Shown in pieces: positions 1 to 9,621 of a stretch of DNA of 51,428 nt. The position numbers were made by a program, and so were the translations under genes. The stretch comes from Polyangiales bacterium (GTDB lineage Bacteria; Myxococcota_A; Polyangia; Polyangiales; Houyiibacteriaceae). The stretch spans positions 1 through 51,428 of the forward strand of contig DASRZF010000105.1 of NCBI GenBank assembly GCA_035686645.1. Direction: 5' to 3'. The stretch's first letter is position 1; each line of letters begins with the position of its first letter. The notes under the pieces are model-generated. The model ran no database searches. It had not been told where the DNA came from and saw nothing but the letters and a program-made list of their open reading frames with translations.

Positions 1-663
1 GCCCGCTCGGGGATGCTTCATGTAGTAGAGCTCGAAGAAGCTCGCATTGCGGCCGTAGTCGCTTTCCTGCGCGGTGAAGACCGCGCCGTAGGATCCGAGA
101 CGCTGACTCATCATGGTGATGCCAGCGAGTCCTAGACGCTCCACTTCTGTATCGCCGACCCGGATGCGCTGGGTTTCCCATCGGTCACCGTCGCTCTCGA
201 TGTTGATGTCGCGGTGCCGGTAGGTTCGCCATGGATGCACCGGAACCAAGAAACCGTGCCCCGCATCACCATAGCGGGACTGCAACTCACGGCGAATGTG
301 CCCCGTAAACAAATCACTTGCCACGTGCGAAGCGCCAAAGAAAAGCAGTCGCGCCTTGCCCTCTCCCGATTCGGCCCGCTGAAGAGCTCGATGCAGAGCC
401 AGCATCGACTTTCCGTCGCGGTCCTCGATCGCGATATCGAGGCCCAATCCATCACTCGGCGGCGGCTGCAGGAGCTTGGGCCCCATCCGTTGCCCCGCGC
501 GAACCGCGTCGAGCACACCCGTTTCGTCAATCGCTGCAGGCGAGCGCGGAGACGCGTCCGCCGAGCTCGTTGAAGCGCCATAGGCAAGCGTCCAGACGCT
601 TGTCATCGCCACCCCAGCGAGCACGATCGCCAACGGCGAGCCCCATAGATTCCCGAGCCGCAC
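1..663 (-). CDS. SGNH/GDSL-like hydrolase family protein, secreted; partial (3' end lies beyond the window start, so it is absent from the ORF track)
   Basis: Own translation of the minus frame whose codons end at position 1. It is open from 663 to 1. GTG at 661-663 is followed by a signal-like (M)RLGNLWGSPLAIVLAGVAMTSVWTLAYG, then ...GKARLLFFGASHVASDLFTGHIRRELQSRYGDAGHGFLVPVHPW..., a GxSH block-I-like motif. Track ORF 132..587(-) is a different, Arg-rich frame. Confidence 0.5.
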   Translation of the reverse strand, partial: MRLGNLWGSPLAIVLAGVAMTSVWTLAYGASTSSADASPRSPAAIDETGVLDAVRAGQRMGPKLLQPPPSDGLGLDIAIEDRDGKSMLALHRALQRAESGEGKARLLFFGASHVASDLFTGHIRRELQSRYGDAGHGFLVPVHPWRTYRHRDINIESDGDRWETQRIRVGDTEVERLGLAGITMMSQRLGSYGAVFTAQESDYGRNASFFELYYMKHPRAG

Positions 664-728
664 GCCCTCACAATGGCGATCCGGCTCGATCCAGTCAAAT
701 TGACGTGAAAGCCCGACCGAAGTCGGCC

Positions 729-1259
729 ATGATGCGCGCCATGAAGTCGCGCGAGCTGCTATTGAAGGCGGCAAAATTCGACGTTGCTCGCCTGCGGTTC
801 GAAGGCCCTGACGGCAAGGAGATCGTCCGCGACCTGGTCGAACACCCCGGTGCAGCGGTCATCCTACCCCAGTTGGACGACGGACGTATCGTCTTGATAC
901 GCAATCTCCGTCGAACGGTCGGCAAAATACTCTGGGAGCTTCCAGCAGGCACCCTCGATCCGGGCGAGTCCCCGGAGGTCTGCGCAGCGCGCGAGCTCGA
1001 GGAGGAAACCGGCTACCGCGCCGGGACCCTCGCACCGCTCACGGCGTTCTTCGCCTCGCCCGGCATACTCAATGAACGCATGCACGGCTTCTTGGCGACC
1101 GACCTCGTCCCCACGGCGCAGAATCTCGACCAGGGCGAAGAGATTCAAGTCTTCCCGATTCCGCAGTGGCAGGTGCGAGACATGCTCAAGGATGGGCACA
1201 TCGAGGACGCCAAGACCATTGCCCTTCTGCTTTATTGGATGCATCTCTACTCACCGTAA
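729..1259 (+). CDS. NUDIX hydrolase (ADP-ribose pyrophosphatase-like)
   Basis: Nudix box GTLDPGESPEVCAARELEEETGY. Start moved to ATG 729 (MMRAMKSRELL...) because the upstream part of track ORF 318..1259 is Arg/Pro-rich non-coding-like sequence and overlaps the divergent gene. Confidence 0.85.
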   Translation: MMRAMKSRELLLKAAKFDVARLRFEGPDGKEIVRDLVEHPGAAVILPQLDDGRIVLIRNLRRTVGKILWELPAGTLDPGESPEVCAARELEEETGYRAGTLAPLTAFFASPGILNERMHGFLATDLVPTAQNLDQGEEIQVFPIPQWQVRDMLKDGHIEDAKTIALLLYWMHLYSP

Positions 1260-1279
1260 CCTGCCGAGCGTCGACTTCG

Positions 1280-2518
1280 ATGGATCTGCTGAGCCGCATT
1301 CAAGACAACTGGATCGTACTGCTGATCCCTTTGATCAGCGCGCTGGTGGGCTGGTTCACGAATGTCGTTGCGATCAAGATGATGTTCTATCCAGTCGAGT
1401 TCTTGGGGATTCCACCCTACTTGGGCTGGCAAGGCGTGATTCCTGCGAACGCGGTTCGACTCGCGAAAGTATCGAACAAGCTCATCACGCAAAAGCTGCT
1501 CTCCCTTCGAGAGCTCTTCGATGAATCGTTCAACGCCGAATCTTTCGCTGGAAAGCTGGGCGCCGTGATCGACGACGTCACCGAGCAGGTGATCGACGAG
1601 GTTGCCAACAAGCACGCCAAGGCAATGTGGGACAACGCCGGCGATTTCATGCAGAACAAGGTTCGAGAGAAGGTGCGCTCCGAGGTGGTCGAAGTCTCCC
1701 GGGCGATCGCCATGGACATGGCCGATGACATCGACGAGATCATGGACATCGAACAGACCGTTCTCGAAGCCATGGAACGTCACAAGGGCCTCATGGGCGA
1801 GATGTTCTACGAAGTGGGTCGCCTGGAGTTCAAGTTCATCGAACGCTCGGGCCTATACTTCGGATTTCTGTTCGGGGTCTTCCAAATGATCGTCTGGGTC
1901 CTCTATCCCGCACCCTGGATTCTGCCTGCGGCGGGCTTCTTCGTCGGCTACCTCACGAATTGGATTGCCATCAAGTTGGTCTTCTCGCCACGCGAGCCCA
2001 CGAAGATCGGCCCGATCACCATCCAGGGTTTGTTTCACAAGCGTCAGAACGAAGTCGCGGAGGCTTTCGGTCGCACGGTGGCCACGCGCGTCCTGAACGC
2101 GGACAACATCGTGACCACCGTGATGGAGAGCGAAGGAGCCAAGCGCATGAACGAGATCGTCGCGCACCGCATTGGCGAGCTGATCTCGAAGTACGAGGCG
2201 CATCCGATGGCGAAGCTCGTGGTACCAGAAGCGAGCCAACCCGCGCTTCGGGCAGAGGTCCTCGAACGAATTCAAACGGAATGGCCGAAACCGGGGGGGT
2301 TCTTTCACACCTTCGCGGGCGAGGCCGTCGACCTCCAGGGCGAGCTCGAACGTCGAATGAAGGCCCTCGATCGCGAGAGTTACGAGGGAGTGCTGAGGCC
2401 TGCTTTCCAGCAAGATGAGTGGAAACTGATTGCGGCTGGGGCCGTGCTGGGCACCATCGCGGGCGTCCTTCAGCTCGTGTACATCTTCGGTGACGCAATG
2501 GAGCGATTGAGCCGCTGA
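1280..2518 (+). CDS. DUF445-family membrane protein
   Basis: MDLLSRIQDNWIVLLIPLISALVGWFTNVVAIKMMFYP... followed by GVIPANAVRLAK and a C-terminal TM segment, typical of DUF445/UPF0754. ATG 1280 lies in frame within track ORF 1166..2518. Confidence 0.8.
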   Translation: MDLLSRIQDNWIVLLIPLISALVGWFTNVVAIKMMFYPVEFLGIPPYLGWQGVIPANAVRLAKVSNKLITQKLLSLRELFDESFNAESFAGKLGAVIDDVTEQVIDEVANKHAKAMWDNAGDFMQNKVREKVRSEVVEVSRAIAMDMADDIDEIMDIEQTVLEAMERHKGLMGEMFYEVGRLEFKFIERSGLYFGFLFGVFQMIVWVLYPAPWILPAAGFFVGYLTNWIAIKLVFSPREPTKIGPITIQGLFHKRQNEVAEAFGRTVATRVLNADNIVTTVMESEGAKRMNEIVAHRIGELISKYEAHPMAKLVVPEASQPALRAEVLERIQTEWPKPGGFFHTFAGEAVDLQGELERRMKALDRESYEGVLRPAFQQDEWKLIAAGAVLGTIAGVLQLVYIFGDAMERLSR

Positions 2519-2566
2519 GCCCGCCGGACCTGGCCGATCGCTCGTCCAACGGCTAAACACTGGGTT

Positions 2567-3421
2567 GTGGAACAAACCGCGACCCTGCTCGTCTGCTGCC
2601 CTGACCGTAAGGGCCTCGTCGCTGCGCTGGCGCAGGTGCTCTATGGGCACGGCGCGAACATCCTCGATGCTGACCAGCACACCGATCCGGTGGCCGGTCA
2701 GTTTTTTCAGCGCATCAAGTTCGATCTCTCCGAGCTTCACACCGACAGAACGAGCCTCGAGACCGCGATTTCAGAGGTAGCTCAGCGCTTTTCGATGAAT
2801 TGGCGCATCGCTGACGGCCGGAGTCGCTCGCGAACCGCCGTCTTCGTTTCGAAGTACGACCACTGTCTGTACGACTTGCTCTTGCGGCAGCGCGCCGGTG
2901 AGCTCTCGACGGACATTCCGTTGATCATCAGCAATCATCCAGACCTCGAGCCGGTCGCCAAACAGTTCAATGTCCCCTTTCGTCATCTGCCCATCGCCAA
3001 GGGCGCGAAACGCGCGCAAGAGGAAGAAGCTTTGGCGCTGCTCGAGGCCGAGCGCATCGAGCTCGTCGTTCTCGCACGATACATGCAGATCCTGACCGAC
3101 GATTTTTTGAAAGCGTTTTCGGGACAGGTCATCAACATTCATCATTCGTTTCTCCCCGCGTTCATGGGAAGCAAGCCGTACCACCGGGCTTTCCAGCGAG
3201 GCGTCAAGCTCATTGGCGCCACCGCACACTATGCGACGGCTGACCTGGACGAGGGACCGATCATCGAACAAGACGTGGTGAGATGCACTCACCGTGATTC
3301 GGTCCAGGACCTCGTCCGCAAAGGCCGAGACCTCGAGAAAGTCGTGCTAGCGCGCGCCGTGCGCTGGCACCTTGACGATCGAATCCTCGTCTACGACAAC
3401 AAGACCGTCGTCTTTAGCTAA
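2567..3421 (+). CDS. purU: formyltetrahydrofolate deformylase
   Basis: N-terminal ACT domain (LLVCCPDRKGLVAALAQVL) plus a formyl-transferase core (VLARYMQIL...INIHHSFLPAFMG..PY..A...GVKLIGATAHY). 284 aa is the typical PurU length. Confidence 0.9.
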   Translation: MEQTATLLVCCPDRKGLVAALAQVLYGHGANILDADQHTDPVAGQFFQRIKFDLSELHTDRTSLETAISEVAQRFSMNWRIADGRSRSRTAVFVSKYDHCLYDLLLRQRAGELSTDIPLIISNHPDLEPVAKQFNVPFRHLPIAKGAKRAQEEEALALLEAERIELVVLARYMQILTDDFLKAFSGQVINIHHSFLPAFMGSKPYHRAFQRGVKLIGATAHYATADLDEGPIIEQDVVRCTHRDSVQDLVRKGRDLEKVVLARAVRWHLDDRILVYDNKTVVFS

Positions 3422-3430
3422 GGAGTCCCA

Positions 3431-4225
3431 ATGTCTGAACGAGTGCAGCTCAGTATCGAAGAGCACGTCGCGACGGTTCGTCTCTCGAGGCCCGAGAAAC
3501 GCAACGCCCTCGATGCAGAGATGTTCGAAGGGCTCATTGGCGTCGGGAAACGCATAATGGAAGACAAACGGGTTCGTGCAGTCGTCTTGCACGGCGAAGG
3601 CAAAGCCTTCTGCGCAGGACTCGACTTCGGCTCGTTCCTAGGCTCTCCCCAGCTGATGCAGAAATTGCTCTCCCGCAGCGAAGAAAGCCCCGCGAACATG
3701 GCGCAGCGCGCTGGTTGGATTTGGCAGGAGGTCCAGGTTCCCGTCATCGCCGCGATCCACGGATTCGCTTTTGGCGGTGGGCTACAGATCGCCCTCGGCG
3801 CTGACCTACGTTATGTAACCGCCGACGCTGAGCTCTCGGTGATGGAAATCAAGTGGGGATTGATCCCCGACATGAGCATCACGCAGACTTTGCTACACCT
3901 AGTTCCGCTCGACGTGGCGAAGGAGCTGACCTTCACGGGCAGGATCATCTCCGGGACCGAAGCCCTCGGCCTCGGCCTCGCCACGAAGATTTCGGTCGAC
4001 CCGCTCGCTGATGCCCTCGAAACCGCCAGCTTGATCGCGAGTAAATCTCCGCATGCCATCCGAGCGGGCAAGGCTCTTCTTCGCGATGCGCCGGGGATGT
4101 CGAGGGCCGATGCACTGAAGCTCGAAACGGCCCTTCAAGTGACCCTGCTCGGCAGTCCCAACCAAACGGAAGCCGTGCAGGCGAACATGATGAAACGGAA
4201 GCCCGACTTCAAAGATCCCGAATGA
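3431..4225 (+). CDS. enoyl-CoA hydratase/isomerase (crotonase) family protein
   Basis: VATVRLSRPEKRNALD ... GEGKAFCAGLDF ... AAIHGFAFGGGLQIALGADLR: canonical crotonase-fold motifs. Confidence 0.9.
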   Translation: MSERVQLSIEEHVATVRLSRPEKRNALDAEMFEGLIGVGKRIMEDKRVRAVVLHGEGKAFCAGLDFGSFLGSPQLMQKLLSRSEESPANMAQRAGWIWQEVQVPVIAAIHGFAFGGGLQIALGADLRYVTADAELSVMEIKWGLIPDMSITQTLLHLVPLDVAKELTFTGRIISGTEALGLGLATKISVDPLADALETASLIASKSPHAIRAGKALLRDAPGMSRADALKLETALQVTLLGSPNQTEAVQANMMKRKPDFKDPE

Positions 4226-4232
4226 CCTGAGA

Positions 4233-5276
4233 TCAGGTTGCGTCGGGTGGTCGCGAGACCCGCGGATGGTACTGGCAGCAATCGGCTGGACAGACATCGT
4301 GCGACGGGCCGCGATTGCCAGCCGCTTGTCGAGTGCTGACTTTGCCCAGGCGCTCTTCGATCAGCTCGCGAATCATTCGAACGAACGCGGGATGGGTTCC
4401 CACGGTGGGAGCGCGTGTCAGCGTGATCCCGAGATCGTTGGCGTAGTCCCGTGCCTCGTGGTCGAGGTCCCAGACCACTTCCATGTGATCCGATAGGAAA
4501 CCGATTGGCGCGACGACGACGTCCTTGACGTTGATCTGCGCGAGCACGTCGAGGTGTTCGAGGATGTCAGGACCGAGCCAGGGGATGTGCGGCGGTCCAC
4601 TACGGCTCTGATACACCAACTGCCAGCGTTCGTGCCTCGCGCCATCGGCGACGAGACGCGCCGTCTCTTGAAGCTGCTCGGTGTAGTCGCAGTTCTCCGC
4701 CATCGAGATCGGAATGCTGTGTGCGCTGAACGCCACCCGAGCGCATTCACGACGCTCTTTGGGTAGCGTCTCCAAGGCTTCGAGAAGTCCATCGACGTTC
4801 GCCTCGATGAAACCCGGGTGATTGTAGAACGCGCGCAGCTTGTCGACGATGGGTGCGCCTTCGCCTATTTCTTCTCGTGCTTTCTGGATGTTCTCACGGT
4901 ACTGCCGGCAACCGCTGTAGCTACTGTAGGCCGAGGTGAAGAATGCCAGTGCCCGCTTCTTTCCGTCATCGCGCATCTGGCGAAGCGCATCGATGATGAA
5001 AGGGTCCCAATTCCGATTGCCCCAGTAGACCGGGAGATCGATCTGGCTCTCCTCGAGCTCTTTTTCGAGCGCCGCGATCAACGCTCGATTCTGATCGTTC
5101 AGCGGGCTCTTGCCCTCGAAATGATTGTAGTGCGCCGCAACTTCCTTGAGACGATCAGGGGGAACGTTCTTGCCCCTGACTACGTTCTCGAGAAACGGCA
5201 TGACATCGGCACGCTTCTCAGGCCCGCCGAAGGACACCAGCAGCACACTGTCGTACTCCAAATCCGAATCGCCCAC
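4233..5276 (-). CDS. hemH: ferrochelatase
   Basis: LLVSFGGPEKRADVMPFLENV..., ...FSAHSIP..., ...VAPIGFLSDHMEV..DLD: ferrochelatase signature regions. 347 aa. Confidence 0.9.
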   Translation of the reverse strand: MGDSDLEYDSVLLVSFGGPEKRADVMPFLENVVRGKNVPPDRLKEVAAHYNHFEGKSPLNDQNRALIAALEKELEESQIDLPVYWGNRNWDPFIIDALRQMRDDGKKRALAFFTSAYSSYSGCRQYRENIQKAREEIGEGAPIVDKLRAFYNHPGFIEANVDGLLEALETLPKERRECARVAFSAHSIPISMAENCDYTEQLQETARLVADGARHERWQLVYQSRSGPPHIPWLGPDILEHLDVLAQINVKDVVVAPIGFLSDHMEVVWDLDHEARDYANDLGITLTRAPTVGTHPAFVRMIRELIEERLGKVSTRQAAGNRGPSHDVCPADCCQYHPRVSRPPDAT

Positions 5277-5356
5277 GACCGAACTCTCGCGCCTAAAACC
5301 CCCGGTGGCAAGTCAAGAGTCTTGCCAAGGAATCCGAGCTGTGCTCTAGGTTCGTC

Positions 5357-6139
5357 GTGCGAGTTACAATCCTGGGAAGCGGCAGCGAAGGAAACGCGCT
5401 ACTTCTGGAGTCGGGGGCAACTTGCATCCTGGTCGATGCAGGCCTCTCGTACCGCAAGCTCGTTCAGCGGTTTGCCGCGATCGGGCGCGGCGTTCCCTCG
5501 AATGTCGCTGCCGTCATCATCACCCACAGCCACGGCGATCACGCAGCCCATGCATCGACCTACGCGTCGCAATTCGCTTGTCCAATTCGGGCTAGTGAAG
5601 CAACGTTGAAGTCGATTCGCTTGCGCCCGTCGGTCGCATCTGAAACTTTCGACGTGGGTCGGTGCATCAGCATCGGGGAGATCTCGATCCAATCGCGCGC
5701 GATTCCGCATGACGCGCCCCAGGTCGCACTTCGGTTCGAGAACAAGCAGACCTCGGTCGGCTTGGTGACGGACCTCGGACACGTTCCCAAGGGACTGGAC
5801 CGCTTTCTCGACGGGTGCGAGACGCTCTTGCTCGAAAGCAACCACGACCGGGACCTGCTTGCTGAAGGCCCCTACCCCGACGTGCTCAAGCGGCGGGTCG
5901 GAGGGTCGCTCGGCCACCTCTCGAACGGCCAGGCGGCCGACCTCTTGGCGGAGCTCCGGCGCGCTCCCCCACGCGTCGTCCTCATGCACCTCTCCGAAAC
6001 CAACAACTCCACGCGCTTGGCTCGCAGCTCCGCGGAAGCCGCGCTGGGACATCAGGGCACGAAGCTTCTGGTTGCGCATCAGCAAAGGCCGTTGGAGCTC
6101 GACCCGGTTCGCGAGGCTCAAATGCAGCTGGGTCTCTAG
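5357..6139 (+). CDS. MBL-fold metallo-hydrolase (YycJ-like)
   Basis: MRVTILGSGSEGNALLLESG..ILVDAG and ITHSHGDHAAH (HxHxDH motif). GTG start. Confidence 0.85.
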   Translation: MRVTILGSGSEGNALLLESGATCILVDAGLSYRKLVQRFAAIGRGVPSNVAAVIITHSHGDHAAHASTYASQFACPIRASEATLKSIRLRPSVASETFDVGRCISIGEISIQSRAIPHDAPQVALRFENKQTSVGLVTDLGHVPKGLDRFLDGCETLLLESNHDRDLLAEGPYPDVLKRRVGGSLGHLSNGQAADLLAELRRAPPRVVLMHLSETNNSTRLARSSAEAALGHQGTKLLVAHQQRPLELDPVREAQMQLGL

Positions 6140-6149
6140 CGGGTCGGTG

Positions 6150-7004
6150 ATGCGCGCCTGGTACGACGAGATCTTCGAGGATCACACCCGACTCGGGTTG
6201 CGAGTCAAAGAGACCCTGTACTCCGGAGCCAGCAAGCACCAAGAAATCGAGGTCCTCGACACGATCGGTTTTGGCAGAGTTCTGGTGCTCGATGGGGTGT
6301 TCATGACCAGTGAGCTCGATGAGTTTCTGTACCACGAGCTGCTCGTGCATCCTGCGATGACGACCGCCCCAGAGATCAAGCGAGTGCTGGTGATCGGCGG
6401 AGGCGACGGTGGCACGGTTCGTGAGGTGCTGCGCCATTCGGGCGTAGAGCGCTGTGTCATGATCGAAATCGACCCCATGGTCGTCGAGGTATCGAAGCGG
6501 TACTTGTCAGAAATCGGTACCGCGTGGCACGACCCTCGCCTCGACGTCCGATTCATCGATGGCGTCGAGTACGTGAAGCTGAGCGACGATGAGCCGTACG
6601 ACGTCATCTTGTTGGACGGGACAGACCCGGTCGGTCCAGGTGCGGCCCTCTTCGACGAGAGCTTCTACGCCGGGTGCAAGCGCATGCTCGTGCCGCGAGG
6701 GGTGATGGCTCTGCAGAGCGAGTCGCCCTTCATGATGATGGACGTCTTCGTCGCAACCCAGAACAAGCTACGAAAGCTCTTCTCGCACGTGCACCCGTAC
6801 CTCGGGCCGGTGCCACTCTACGGAACCGGCACCTGGAGCTGGACCTGGTGCTCCGATATGGGCCGACCATTGGAAGCGATCACCCATCGCCAGGAGGCCG
6901 TCGTGCAAGGCTCCAAGGCCTACAACGCGGACCTGCACCAAGCGGCATTCGCCCTGCCGAACTACGTGAAGAGAGCTCTCGACCCCGAGGATGTAAGCGC
7001 GTGA
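6150..7004 (+). CDS. speE: spermidine synthase (polyamine aminopropyltransferase)
   Basis: MRAWYDEIFED...QEIEVLDT..FGRVLVLDG..M....DEF.YHE.LVHP plus VLVIGGGDGG..REVL.H and DVI..D..DP.GP. ATG 6150 is in frame inside track ORF 5859..7004, whose upstream part overlaps the MBL gene. Confidence 0.9.
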   Translation: MRAWYDEIFEDHTRLGLRVKETLYSGASKHQEIEVLDTIGFGRVLVLDGVFMTSELDEFLYHELLVHPAMTTAPEIKRVLVIGGGDGGTVREVLRHSGVERCVMIEIDPMVVEVSKRYLSEIGTAWHDPRLDVRFIDGVEYVKLSDDEPYDVILLDGTDPVGPGAALFDESFYAGCKRMLVPRGVMALQSESPFMMMDVFVATQNKLRKLFSHVHPYLGPVPLYGTGTWSWTWCSDMGRPLEAITHRQEAVVQGSKAYNADLHQAAFALPNYVKRALDPEDVSA

Positions 7005-7040
7005 CGCTCATCGACGTTCCGCTCGCGGGGCAGGGAGTCG

Positions 7041-8027
7041 TCACCAGCGCAGAACCAGCTTTCCGAACGTGTCGTTTGCGTCCATCCGCCGGTGCGCGGC
7101 CTGGATTTCCGTCATGGGCAGGATGTCATCGATGATTGGTTTGAGCTCGCCTGTTTCGAAACGCCCAAGCATCTCTCCGGTGAAGGATTTCGTGAGCTCG
7201 GCTTTCTCTTCGGCTGAGCGGCTGCGAAGGACCGAGCCCTGGATCGAGGCTCGTTTCGCAAGCAGCGCGCCGAGTGCAAGCTCGGCCTTCACTCCGCCCA
7301 TCAAGCCGATGACGATGATCCGGCCCTTCTTGGCGATCACTTTGAGGTTCTGCGCCAAATAGGCCGCACCGACCGTGTCGAGGATGACATCCGCGCCGTC
7401 GGGGATCGCGGCGAGCACTTCGTCGGCGAAATTCCCATCCTCGACCAAGACCGCATGGGTCAGGCCGAGCTTCGAGCATCGATCTAGTTTGTGCGCGCTC
7501 CGAGACGTGCCCACCGAAATTGCCCCGAGCGCGCTCGCGATTTGAATGCCGGCCGTCCCGACGCCGCTCGCCACGGCGTGAATGAGCACGGACTTTCCTG
7601 CGCCTAGACCTCCTTGAAGGACCATGGAATCGTAGGCAGTGAGGAACACTTCAGGCACGGCCGCCGCCTGCTCCAGCGAAAAACTCTTCGGCACAGGCAT
7701 CAGCTCGGCAGACTCGGTCAGCAAGTGGGTCGCCATAGCGCCTCCGCCAACGATGCCCATCACCCGGTCTCCGGGCCGCCAAGCGGTAACAGACTCGCCA
7801 ACCGATTCGATCACGCCCGCGAACTCGAGACCAGGTACGTCGACAGGCACACCCGGAGGGGGCGGATAGAACCCACGCCGTTGAAGGCAGTCGGCACGGT
7901 TCAGCCCCGAGGCCGCGACCTCGACGAGGACCTGCGAAGGTCCGGGGCTTGGCAGCTCGATCTCGCCGAGCTCGAGCACCTCGGGTCCGCCGGGCTCCCG
8001 AATGCGAATCGCTCTTGCGGTGACCAT
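7041..8027 (-). CDS. NAD(P)H:quinone oxidoreductase (zinc-independent MDR family, Qor/PIG3-like)
   Basis: VLVEVAASGLNRADCLQRRGFYPPPPG...PGLEFAGVI and the nucleotide-binding motif VLIHAVASGVG. Confidence 0.9.
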   Translation of the reverse strand: MVTARAIRIREPGGPEVLELGEIELPSPGPSQVLVEVAASGLNRADCLQRRGFYPPPPGVPVDVPGLEFAGVIESVGESVTAWRPGDRVMGIVGGGAMATHLLTESAELMPVPKSFSLEQAAAVPEVFLTAYDSMVLQGGLGAGKSVLIHAVASGVGTAGIQIASALGAISVGTSRSAHKLDRCSKLGLTHAVLVEDGNFADEVLAAIPDGADVILDTVGAAYLAQNLKVIAKKGRIIVIGLMGGVKAELALGALLAKRASIQGSVLRSRSAEEKAELTKSFTGEMLGRFETGELKPIIDDILPMTEIQAAHRRMDANDTFGKLVLRW

Positions 8028-8091
8028 GGGGCGAAGCCTAACGCGCCCGCGGCGCCCGTCCAGCTCAGCGTCTCATGCTAGCTTCTCGGTG

Positions 8092-9621
8092 ATGAATGCC
8101 AACGTCGGGCGTTTTCTGCACCATTGGGCGCTGCAAGACCCCGAGCGCACCGGCATCTTGGACTCAGGCCCAGGCGAGATCCGGTACAGCTACGGAGAGT
8201 TGGACCGCGAGGCACGCCGCGTGGCCGGGCATCTGCGGAGTCGGGGCCTCGGTTTGCACGATCGCGTTGCGATCTGCACCGGGAACGGTCTGCATTTCGT
8301 CGCAGCCTGGTTTGGTGCAGCCTATGCGGGCTGTACGACTCTCCCTATCCCGTTCATGTCGACGGCGCACGAGATCGCGTTCCGACTGCAGCACGCGCGC
8401 TGCAAGGCCCTTCTGGCAGACGCGGAGCGATCCGCAGTGGCGAAGGAGAGTCAACTCCGCGCAGGCGGTTTCTGTGCGCTTCTCTCGATCGAAGAGGCGC
8501 TCACGGGCAACGTCTCCGAAGAGGCTCCCTGCCATGCTCCGGCAGATGCGTTTGCCATGCTGCTCTATACGTCTGGGACCACGGGCGCCGCAAAGGGCGT
8601 GTGCATCACGCACGGATCTCTCGGCGCGCATACCCGCGCGCTTGCGGAGCAAACTCTCGAGTTGACCTCGGAGGATCGAATCCTCGGCACCCTTCCGCTC
8701 ACGCACTCCTATGGAATTCGCACGACCCTGCTCGCGCCCTTCTTCGCGGGCGCAAGCACAGTCTTCGTTCCGAGGTTCTCTGCTGCCCTCACACTCGAGC
8801 TATGCACGAGGCACCGCGTCACCTGGCTTCCGGCGGTGCCCACGATGCTCGTGGCCTGGGCCAACGAGCCGAGCGGGCCAGTCCCTCCCGCCCTCCGCTG
8901 GTGCCTGAGCGCCGGTGCGCCGTTGCTAGAAAACGTCCGACGCCGCGCCGAAGATCGCCTCGGTGCGCCCGTTCGTCAGGGCTACGGTCTCACGGAAGCC
9001 AACCTCGCGGCGATCAACGCCCCACCCGATCGCTTGCTTGAAGGCTCGTCCGGCAAGCCGGTTCCAGGGGTCGAGATCCGAATCGCTGGCGACTCCGAGG
9101 AAGAGCTCCCGCCTGGCGAGCGCGGCGAGGTTCTGATTCGGGGCCAAAACGTGATGGCAGGCTATCTCGATGACAAGATCGCAAGCGCCCATGTGATGCG
9201 CGGCGGGTGGTTGCACACGGGGGATGTCGGCTTCGTCGACGGCGAGGGACGACTCACCATCGTCGACCGTAGCAAAGATCTCATTCTCCGCGGCGGCGCT
9301 AGCATCTACCCGTCGGAGTTGGAGAACGTGCTCGCTCATCACTCGGCAATTGACGACGTCGCGGTGGTTGGAGTTCCCCACGACTACTACGGTGAAGAGG
9401 TCATCGCCGTCGTCGTTCGAAGCATGAAAGTCACGACTCGCGAGCTCGACGCATGGGTGCGAGAGCGCCTGGCGCCCTACAAAGTACCCAGAGGCTACGC
9501 GTTCATCGAATCGATTCCAGAAGGTCCGAGCGGTAAGAGGATGAAACGCCGTTTGCGGGACCAGCTCGTCGCGGGTGAGATCGAGATCGAGCGCCTAGCG
9601 ACTCACGGGACGGCTCACTAG
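8092..9621 (+). CDS. AMP-dependent acyl-CoA synthetase/ligase
   Basis: AMP-binding motif LLYTSGTTGAAKGV, then GYGLTE, ...TGD.G..D.EG.L.I.DR.KD.I..GG..I.P.E.E. Start at ATG 8092 (MNANVGRFL...) within track ORF 8002..9621. Confidence 0.85.
   Translation: MNANVGRFLHHWALQDPERTGILDSGPGEIRYSYGELDREARRVAGHLRSRGLGLHDRVAICTGNGLHFVAAWFGAAYAGCTTLPIPFMSTAHEIAFRLQHARCKALLADAERSAVAKESQLRAGGFCALLSIEEALTGNVSEEAPCHAPADAFAMLLYTSGTTGAAKGVCITHGSLGAHTRALAEQTLELTSEDRILGTLPLTHSYGIRTTLLAPFFAGASTVFVPRFSAALTLELCTRHRVTWLPAVPTMLVAWANEPSGPVPPALRWCLSAGAPLLENVRRRAEDRLGAPVRQGYGLTEANLAAINAPPDRLLEGSSGKPVPGVEIRIAGDSEEELPPGERGEVLIRGQNVMAGYLDDKIASAHVMRGGWLHTGDVGFVDGEGRLTIVDRSKDLILRGGASIYPSELENVLAHHSAIDDVAVVGVPHDYYGEEVIAVVVRSMKVTTRELDAWVRERLAPYKVPRGYAFIESIPEGPSGKRMKRRLRDQLVAGEIEIERLATHGTAH

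Noticed and set aside
132-587. Track ORFs 132..587(-) and 214..573(+) at the left edge
   Set aside because: Both are Arg/Cys/Ser-rich and lack motifs. A third minus frame (codons ending at position 1) gives a clean SGNH-like sequence with a signal peptide and stays open to the window edge, so these are alternative-frame shadows.
318-728. N-terminal extensions of track ORFs: 318->729, 1166->1280, 5859->6150, 8002->8092, 11547->11310, 15801->15360, 16940->17168, 28431->28188, 34243->33949, 36138->36006, 49566->49458
   Set aside because: The extended parts overlap neighbouring genes or have Arg/Pro-rich non-coding composition. The internal starts coincide with the onset of family homology, with signal peptides and/or with SD sequences.
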